Shown here one piece after another: positions 8,057-14,750 of a DNA stretch of 40,131 nt. The position numbers were made by a program, and so were the translations under genes. The notes under the pieces are model-generated. The model had not been told where the DNA came from and made no database searches. It saw only the letters and a program-made list of their open reading frames with translations. Source of the DNA: Patescibacteria group bacterium (GTDB taxonomy: Bacteria > Patescibacteriota > Minisyncoccia > Phycocordibacterales > 21-14-all-36-13); NCBI GenBank assembly GCA_038065915.1, contig JBBTPZ010000014.1, positions 1 through 40,131 on the forward strand, given 5' to 3'. Each line of letters begins with the position of its first letter. Position 1 is the stretch's first letter.

Positions 8057-8755
8057 ATGCAATATGCTTGGCTTATTTGGGGTCTTATACTTTTGGTTGT
8101 ATGGACCACTGTCTATCTTTCTTTGGAAAGTAGAGAAAGCAAAAAAAGGATGTTAATAGTCAGTATTTGGACTTCACTTCTTGGCTTGACCGAACCTTTG
8201 TTTGTTCCCGAATATTGGAGTCCACCCTCGCTCTTTGATTTAGCTTCAAAAACAGGATTTGACATAGAAAGTTTAATTTTTGCCTTTGGTATAGGAGGAA
8301 TTGTTGTTATTTTATACGAGCGCATCTTTCGCGCAGAGCATGAAAAAATTTCAACATTGAGTCAACACTCTTCTCGCCATCGGTATCATCTCTTGGCAAT
8401 TTTATCTGCGCCGATTGTATTTCTTTTACTTATGTTAACGACACAACTTAATCCAATTTATATATCTGTTATTGCTCTTGTCTTCGGAGGATTTGCAACC
8501 TGGTATTGTCGGCCTGACCTCAAGAAAAAAATGATTGTGAGTGCTTTTATTTTTCTTGTTATCTATTTCGTCTACTTTTTAACTCTGATTGTCTTTTATC
8601 CGGGATATGTTGAACAAGTTTGGCGACTTGATGTCATCTCTGGAATTCTAATTGTAGGCATACCGCTGGAAGAACTTCTGTTTGCTATTAGTTTTGGTTT
8701 TTTTTGGTCTAGCATATATGAACATCTGACTTGGCGTAAAATTAAAAATCTTTAA
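8057..8755 (+). CDS. Polytopic membrane protein, possibly lycopene-cyclase-domain family
   Basis: 232 aa with about 7 TM helices. Two PxE(E/Y) motifs (TEPLFVPEYW, GIPLEELLF) resemble CrtYc/d-type domains. Assignment is from memory only. Confidence 0.4.
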   Translation: MQYAWLIWGLILLVVWTTVYLSLESRESKKRMLIVSIWTSLLGLTEPLFVPEYWSPPSLFDLASKTGFDIESLIFAFGIGGIVVILYERIFRAEHEKISTLSQHSSRHRYHLLAILSAPIVFLLLMLTTQLNPIYISVIALVFGGFATWYCRPDLKKKMIVSAFIFLVIYFVYFLTLIVFYPGYVEQVWRLDVISGILIVGIPLEELLFAISFGFFWSSIYEHLTWRKIKNL

Positions 8756-8757
8756 AT

Positions 8758-8950
8758 ATGAACCCCGTTAGAAATCACACAGTTAATAAAATCATGGGAA
8801 AAAGCAGAGTGTTATATATTAAAAGGTCATTATTTATTAAAAAATTATGGATTGAAAAGTCCAAAAAAGGATTAAAAACTAGCACAACTCTTTAAAATCT
8901 CATTTAGAGATTTTAAAGTTAGGACTTTTCAATTTCTAACGGTGTGAAAA
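8758..8950 (+). repeat. uORF/inverted-repeat element, copy 3 (expanded)
   Basis: The arms 8765-8775 and 8932-8942 form 11 perfect bp. The uORF starts MNPVRN but runs 45 codons (8758-8895). An extra internal hairpin is ctttaaaatctc/gagattttaaag. The cfa GTG at 8944 abuts the 3' arm. Confidence 0.65.
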
Positions 8951-10137
8951 AAGAAAAACAAATTATTGAATCATTGTTAGTTGGTACGGGAATTACAATA
9001 AATGGAACTAATCCGTATGACCCTCAAATACACAATGAAAATTTTTATAATCGTGTGATGAAAGAAGGGTCGTTGGGACTCGGTGAGTCGTATATGGATG
9101 GCTGGTGGGATTGTAAAAATCTTGACCAATTTTTTCATAAAGTTCTTGAAGCTGAACTTGATAAAAAAATCAAGAAAAATTTTAGCATACTGTTTTCACT
9201 TGCGTGGAATTATGTTTTAAATCCTGGTAGAAAATCAAAGGCATTTGAAATAGGAAAAAAACATTATGATATCGGAAATGATTTGTATCGTGCCATGCTT
9301 GATAAGCGTTTGACATATACCTGTAGCTATTGGAATTCGCCACATGGAGAAGCAAAAAATCTCAACGAAGCGCAAGAGGCGAAACTAGATTTGGTCTGTA
9401 AAAAAATTGGAATCAAACCAGGACAAAAAGTACTTGATATTGGTTCTGGTTGGGGAAGTTTTATTGGTTATGCTTCTGAAAAATACAGCGCACACGCGTT
9501 AGGAGTTACTGTTTCAAAAGAGCAAAAAGAATTGGCTGATAAATTGTATGAAAATTTTTCTGTTGAGACCCGACTTCAAGATTATCGTGACATCAATGAC
9601 CCTCCCTCGCATAAAACTGCCTCCTTCACAGAAGTGGCTACGAAGGCCGAGTTGGAAGGGCAAAGAAAATTTGACCATATCGTATCTTTAGGGATGTTTG
9701 AACATGTTGGATATAAAAATTATCGCGCTTTTATGAAAGTTGTTCACAGCACTCTTAAAGATAATGGTTTGTTTTTATTACACACAATTGGTAGTAATCT
9801 TTCGATGAGGGGGACTGACCCATGGATTGAGAAATATATTTTCCCTAATAGTATGATTCCTTCAATAAAACAAATTGGAAAATCAATTGAAGGATTGTTC
9901 GTGATGGAAGATTGGCACAATTTCAGCGCAGATTATGATAAGACACTTATGGCGTGGCATAAAAACTTTGAAAATAATTGGGACAAAATAAAATCAAATT
10001 ACGACGAAAAATTTTACCGAATGTGGAGATATTATTTACTCTCGTGTGCTGGATCATTCCGTGCAAGAAAAAATCAATTGTGGCAAATTGTGTTATCAAA
10101 AAAAGGAGTTCCTGGAGGGTATAAATTAATCAGATGA
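8944..10137 (+). CDS. cfa: Cyclopropane-fatty-acyl-phospholipid synthase
   Basis: Collinear with E. coli Cfa as I remember it (VLDIGSGWG, QDYRD...FDHIVSLGMFEHVG, DPWIEKYIFPN, EDWHNFSADYDKTLMAWH). GTG start. Carries a 22-aa extra segment. Confidence 0.9.
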   Translation: MKKEKQIIESLLVGTGITINGTNPYDPQIHNENFYNRVMKEGSLGLGESYMDGWWDCKNLDQFFHKVLEAELDKKIKKNFSILFSLAWNYVLNPGRKSKAFEIGKKHYDIGNDLYRAMLDKRLTYTCSYWNSPHGEAKNLNEAQEAKLDLVCKKIGIKPGQKVLDIGSGWGSFIGYASEKYSAHALGVTVSKEQKELADKLYENFSVETRLQDYRDINDPPSHKTASFTEVATKAELEGQRKFDHIVSLGMFEHVGYKNYRAFMKVVHSTLKDNGLFLLHTIGSNLSMRGTDPWIEKYIFPNSMIPSIKQIGKSIEGLFVMEDWHNFSADYDKTLMAWHKNFENNWDKIKSNYDEKFYRMWRYYLLSCAGSFRARKNQLWQIVLSKKGVPGGYKLIR

Positions 10138-10161
10138 CATAATAAAATAACGAGGAATAAA

Positions 10162-12729
10162 ATGAAAAAAGAAAATTTTAAAATACAAGGAATGCATTGC
10201 GCCAGTTGTGTGGGAACGATAGAAAAAGCGTTGTTAAAAACAGTTGGGGTGCATTCTGCTTCTGTTAATTTTGCTACAGAATCAGCGCTCGTTGAATTTG
10301 ATGAAAATATAATTTCTGAAAAAAATCTTGCAAAAACAGTTGATTCTATCGGTTATCATCTTGATGTAGATAAAGGCAATCCTGATGATAAAAAAAATCA
10401 AACGATACAGACCTTAAATAATGAAGAAACAAAGTTGGTTTCATTAAAAATAATTGGAATGGACTCGCCTCATTGCGCAATGGTTGTTGAAAATGCTTTA
10501 AAAAAACTTGAAGGAGTAAAAAATATTGATGTAGATTTTCCAAACCAAAGAGCTCGGATTGTTTTTAATTCATTAATTCTGCGTATTGATACTATTTTGG
10601 AAGTAATCATAGATGCCGGCTACAAACCGATAATTGAGAGCGAAGAAAAAGAAGAAATGATGGATAGAGAAAAAATTGAAAGACAGAAACAAATTAAAAT
10701 TTTAAAAACCAAACTCTTAATAGGCGGTATTCTTTCCATACTGATATTTTTGGGAAGTTTTTCTGATTGGTTTTCTTTTGTACCCGAAATTTTAAGCAAT
10801 AACTGGGCTCTTCTTGTTCTTACTACCCCTGTGCAATTTTGGGTGGGATGGCAATTTTATAGCGGATTAAAACTTCTTATAAAATATCACACCGCCGATA
10901 TGAACACATTGATAGCAATCGGGACTTTGGCGGCATATTTTTATAGCGCGTTTATTACGATATTTCCAACATTTTTTTTAATTGATGGAATAATACCACC
11001 TGTATATTTTGATGTCTCTGCAATCGTGATTACGCTTATTCTTCTTGGTAAATATTTTGAGGTATTGATGAAGAGCAGAGCGAATGAGGCAATCAGAAAA
11101 CTTATCGGTTTACAGCCAAAAACGGCGAAGGTTGTTAGAAACGATAAAGAAATTGAAATATTAATTTCAGAAGTTATGGTCGGAGATTTAATTATTGTCA
11201 GACCGGGTGAAAAAATTCCAGTTGATGGAGAAATTACAGAAGGAAATTCAGATGTGGACGAATCAATGATAACTGGGGAATCAATGCCTGTTTATAAAAC
11301 TGCCGGCGGTGTTGTAATTGGGAGTACAATAAATAAATTTGGTACTTTTACTTTCCGCGCAACTAAAATAGGCAAGGACACAATTTTATCCCAGATTATT
11401 AAAATGATAGAAGAAGCGCAAGGGTCAAAAGCTCCAATCCAACGACTTGCCGACAAGGTTTCTTCTTATTTTGTTCCTGTAGTAATTGTTATAGCTATTT
11501 TAACTTTCATAGTATGGTACTTTTTTGGTCCTATACCTTCAATCAATTTTGCTCTGATTAATTTTGTTGCAGTTTTGATAATTGCTTGCCCATGTGCATT
11601 GGGACTTGCGACACCCATGGCGATAATGGTTTCTTCCGGCAGTGCAGCAACAAAAGGAATTTTGATTAAGGATGCTTCTTCTCTTGAAATAGCTAATAAA
11701 ATAGATACAGTTGTTTTAGATAAAACGGGGACACTAACAAAAGGAGAACCAAAGTTGACGAATATAATTTTTTTTGGTGATGAAAGAAAAGAAGACGATA
11801 TTAACGCTGATTTATTAAAAATAGATAAACAAACATACAATAATAAATTTATAAAAGAAATTTTGCAGTATGCTTCAAGTTTAGACCAAAAGTCATCACA
11901 TCCACTTGATAAAGCAATTATAAGCGAAGCTAAAAAAGAAAATTTAAATCTTTACAAATTGGAAGAATTTGAATCAATTCCCGGAAAAGGTTTACACGGT
12001 TTTCTTATTGTTAATAATCTTAAAACAGAAGCGTGGTTGGGCAACAGGACTCTTATGAAGGATGTCGGAATTAATTTTTCTTCTTATGAAGATAAGATTA
12101 GAGATTTGGAGAATAATGGCAAGACCGTGATAATTCTTGCTGTGGGCAAAAAAATTACTGGTGCTTTAGCAGTAGCTGACACTTTGAAAGAAAAATCAAA
12201 AGATGCAGTCGCATTGTTAAAAAATAAAGGAATAGATGTTTGGATGATAACAGGCGATAATGATTTAACAGCCAGGGCGATTGCTCATCAAGTCGGAATA
12301 GAAAATATTATTAGTGGAGTTTTACCAGACCAAAAGTCAAAGAAGATTAAAGAGCTTCAGGAACAAGGAAAAATTGTAGCCATGGTTGGTGATGGAATAA
12401 ATGATGCGCCTGCATTAACACAAGCAAATGTAGGAATAGCTATGGGCGAAGGAACAGATATAGCAATGGAATCTGCCAATATTACTTTAATGAGAGGCGA
12501 CCTAACTCTTGTTGCGGATACAATTGATATCTCCAGAAAAACTATAAGAATAATAAAACAGAATTTATTCTGGGCATTCTTTTATAACGCTGCTTTCATT
12601 CCAGTCGCCGCAGGTGTTTTATATCCTATATTTGGAATTTTATTGAACCCAATATTTGCAGGAGTGGCGATGGCTTTAAGCAGTATTAGTGTAGTTTTAA
12701 ATTCGTTAAGATTAAAAAAGGTCGAATAA
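10162..12729 (+). CDS. copA: Copper-translocating P1B-type ATPase
   Basis: Two N-terminal HMA domains (GMHCASC; the second is atypical, GMDSPHCAM), a CPC motif ([11 protein letters not shown]), DKTGTLT and GDGINDAP. Confidence 0.95.
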   Translation: MKKENFKIQGMHCASCVGTIEKALLKTVGVHSASVNFATESALVEFDENIISEKNLAKTVDSIGYHLDVDKGNPDDKKNQTIQTLNNEETKLVSLKIIGMDSPHCAMVVENALKKLEGVKNIDVDFPNQRARIVFNSLILRIDTILEVIIDAGYKPIIESEEKEEMMDREKIERQKQIKILKTKLLIGGILSILIFLGSFSDWFSFVPEILSNNWALLVLTTPVQFWVGWQFYSGLKLLIKYHTADMNTLIAIGTLAAYFYSAFITIFPTFFLIDGIIPPVYFDVSAIVITLILLGKYFEVLMKSRANEAIRKLIGLQPKTAKVVRNDKEIEILISEVMVGDLIIVRPGEKIPVDGEITEGNSDVDESMITGESMPVYKTAGGVVIGSTINKFGTFTFRATKIGKDTILSQIIKMIEEAQGSKAPIQRLADKVSSYFVPVVIVIAILTFIVWYFFGPIPSINFALINFVAVLIIACPCALGLATPMAIMVSSGSAATKGILIKDASSLEIANKIDTVVLDKTGTLTKGEPKLTNIIFFGDERKEDDINADLLKIDKQTYNNKFIKEILQYASSLDQKSSHPLDKAIISEAKKENLNLYKLEEFESIPGKGLHGFLIVNNLKTEAWLGNRTLMKDVGINFSSYEDKIRDLENNGKTVIILAVGKKITGALAVADTLKEKSKDAVALLKNKGIDVWMITGDNDLTARAIAHQVGIENIISGVLPDQKSKKIKELQEQGKIVAMVGDGINDAPALTQANVGIAMGEGTDIAMESANITLMRGDLTLVADTIDISRKTIRIIKQNLFWAFFYNAAFIPVAAGVLYPIFGILLNPIFAGVAMALSSISVVLNSLRLKKVE

Positions 12730-12765
12730 ATGAAAAAGCAATTAAAATTTAAAATCTCTGGGAAT

Positions 12766-12843
12766 TTAAATGCTCTAAATGAGCATTTGAATCCATAATT
12801 ATTTTTTTGTATTATGCTCCATGGGAGCATTTGAATCCATAAT
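12766..12843 (+). repeat. Two tandem copies of the 'hairpin + GAGCATTTGAATCCATAAT' intergenic motif
   Basis: The 19-mer at 12781-12799 is identical to that at 12825-12843, and each closes a hairpin (aaatgctc/gagcattt; atgctcc/ggagcat). Related copies lie at 493-510, 13432-13448, 40089-40097 and 40122-40131. Confidence 0.7.
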
Positions 12844-12888
12844 ATCTTTGTGAAAGTTTTTTTATCAATAATATGAAGTAAAAATTTT

Positions 12889-13143
12889 ATGAAAAAATTA
12901 ATATTATATCTTTATCCAATATTGTTTTTTATTCCAAGTGTCGTTTTAGCAGATGGTAGATATATGATGGATTTTGATTCCGTGGGCGGATATGGAGGAT
13001 GGGGAGGATGGGGAGGATGGGGAGGCATGATGGGTGGCGGTGGTTTTTTCTGGTCGCTGTTTATGGTACTTATTCCGGTCGTATGGTTAATTGTCGGAAT
13101 ACTGGCAATCATCTGGCTTTGGGAGAAAATAAACAAGAAATAA
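12889..13143 (+). CDS. Small secreted/membrane-anchored Gly-Trp-Met-rich protein
   Basis: Signal peptide (..SVVLA/DG), then YGGWGGWGGWGGMMGGGG encoded by a 9-bp tandem repeat (ggaggatgg x3 plus a partial copy, 12994-13029), then a C-terminal TM helix. Confidence 0.55.
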   Translation: MKKLILYLYPILFFIPSVVLADGRYMMDFDSVGGYGGWGGWGGWGGMMGGGGFFWSLFMVLIPVVWLIVGILAIIWLWEKINKK

Positions 13144-13181
13144 AAACTAAAAGTTAATTGAACTCCAAAAGGAGAAAAAAT

Positions 13182-13391
13182 ATGAAATATTCAACAATTG
13201 TACACGGCGCCTCCATTATATTTGGAATTTGGGGCGGTCTAGCGCTGGTGGGTGCTTGGCTTGCCGGGGATGGCGGAAATTTTTGGGGATTTTCTCAACA
13301 GCATTTTTATAATGATGCAATAGTGTTACAACTCATCGCTATTTCTGCCGGCATTTGTACTTTAATCCGTCGTCAGTTAGAGCAAAAATAA
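13182..13391 (+). CDS. Small membrane protein (69 aa), unknown function
   Basis: The ATG at 13182 follows aaggag by 7 nt. The track start at 13158 is a non-ATG extension. Two hydrophobic helices. Confidence 0.5.
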   Translation: MKYSTIVHGASIIFGIWGGLALVGAWLAGDGGNFWGFSQQHFYNDAIVLQLIAISAGICTLIRRQLEQK

Positions 13392-13471
13392 AAAGGTCAA
13401 ATAAATGAAAAAGCAATTTTAATTGTTTTTTCATCCATAATCCATAATATGGATATAAAAAGTTTAAAATG

Positions 13472-13512
13472 TTACAAAAGAACCATCTTAAAAAAGAATG
13501 GTTCTTTTGTAA
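13472..13512 (+). terminator. Strong hairpin terminator closing the copper island
   Basis: ttacaaaagaaccat / atggttcttttgtaa forms a 15-bp stem, followed by a T-rich tract. Confidence 0.6.
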
Positions 13513-13569
13513 TACTTTTGTTATTTTTAATTTTGAAAACTTGTATTTTTAATATAAAATTACCTTGTT

Positions 13570-14421
13570 ATGACCAAAGATAATAAAAACAAAGAAAAAG
13601 GACATTATCACCCTCTCACTATAGCGATGCTTAAAATCGGCAAGATTTTTGATGATTTAGGGTTTGAAATAACGGACGGTCCACACATAGAGGACGAATA
13701 TCATAATTTTGATGCACTTAATATCCCCGCGGATCACCCAGCGCGAGATATGTGGGATACCTTTTGGATTAAGACGCAAATTAACGCAGATAAAAAACCG
13801 CAGATAAATGCAGATAAAAACATCGGCGTAAATCTGCGTGAAAATCTGCGAGAATCTGCGTTATTAAGAACTCACACTTCTCCCGTCCAAATTAGATATA
13901 TGGAGAAAAATAAACCTCCCATAAAAATTATTGCTCCCGGTAAAATTTTTAGATATGAAGCAACAGATGCGACACACGAAGCGCAATTCTATCAATTAGA
14001 GGGACTAATGATTACTAAAAACACAGCTCTTACAACCCTTAAGGGTGTTTTGAAAGAGTTTTTAGAAAAATTTTTTGAAGAAAAAATTAATATTCGTTTT
14101 CGTCCAAGTTATTTTCCATTCGTTGAACCCGGACTTGAAGTTGATGCAACCTGTTTTAAATGTGTAAAAAATCTTTCGACGACGCTCAAGACAGGGAAAA
14201 TAAATTCAAGTTGTTCAATATGCAAAGGAACTGGATGGATAGAAATAATGGGCGCAGGGATGGTTCATCCAAATGTCTTAGAAAATTGTGGAATTAATCC
14301 ACAAGAATGGCAAGGTTTTGCATTTGGAGTAGGAATAGACAGATTGGTTATGCTTAAATATGAAATTCCAGACATAAGAATGCTTTATTCGGGGGACTTG
14401 AGATTAACAAATCAATTTTAG
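13570..14421 (+). CDS. pheS: Phenylalanine--tRNA ligase alpha subunit (short form lacking the N-terminal coiled coil)
   Basis: HPARDMWDTFW, LLRTHTSPVQIRYM, FRYEATDATHEAQFYQLEGL and GWIEIMGAGMVHPNVL. Confidence 0.9.
   Translation: MTKDNKNKEKGHYHPLTIAMLKIGKIFDDLGFEITDGPHIEDEYHNFDALNIPADHPARDMWDTFWIKTQINADKKPQINADKNIGVNLRENLRESALLRTHTSPVQIRYMEKNKPPIKIIAPGKIFRYEATDATHEAQFYQLEGLMITKNTALTTLKGVLKEFLEKFFEEKINIRFRPSYFPFVEPGLEVDATCFKCVKNLSTTLKTGKINSSCSICKGTGWIEIMGAGMVHPNVLENCGINPQEWQGFAFGVGIDRLVMLKYEIPDIRMLYSGDLRLTNQF
13775..13860 (+). repeat. GCAGAT-array palindromic element inserted in frame in pheS
   Basis: The left arm has cgcaaat/cgcagat/cgcagat/tgcagat at 13775, 13785, 13799 and 13809. The right arm has atcggcg/atctgcg x3 at 13822, 13832, 13844 and 13854. 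It is translated as TQINADKKPQINADKNIGVNLRENLRES. Confidence 0.8.
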
Positions 14422-14485
14422 AAAAATAGGGAGTTGTCTGGTGGTAGACAACGACTATATTTTTCTTAACCCCGCCCTTTTATTT

Positions 14486-14713
14486 ATGTATTATGTGTAT
14501 GTTATAAAAAGAAATAATAAATTTTATTTTGGTTTCTCGAAAGATTTAAAGAGAAGATTTAAACAGCATGCAAAAAATTATTCTTGCGAAATGGTGTATT
14601 ATGAAGCTTACGCGACAGAAAAGTTAGCGCGTAATAGGGAAATAAAATTAAAAGAATATGATGGAGCTTGGCGCTCATTACGAAAACGTTTAAATATAAA
14701 AAGGGCGGGGTGA
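14486..14713 (+). CDS. Small GIY-YIG nuclease-family protein (UPF0213-like)
   Basis: MYYVYVIKRNNKFYFGFSKDLKRRFKQH...ARNREIKLK matches the GIY-YIG pattern. The ATG at 14486 is preferred over the GTG at 14441. Confidence 0.75.
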   Translation: MYYVYVIKRNNKFYFGFSKDLKRRFKQHAKNYSCEMVYYEAYATEKLARNREIKLKEYDGAWRSLRKRLNIKRAG

Positions 14714-14750
14714 TGATTTTTATATTCACTTCGCTCATTAAAAATCAATC

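Noticed and set aside
5672-8950. Integron attC sites or gene cassettes (GTTAGAA / TTCTAAC resemble GTTRRRY / RYYYAAC)
   Set aside because: Within each intergenic element the order is GTTAGAA...TTCTAAC, the opposite of an attC (R''-RYYYAAC ... GTTRRRY-R'). The last base of each core deviates from the consensus, and no intI integrase is present in the window.
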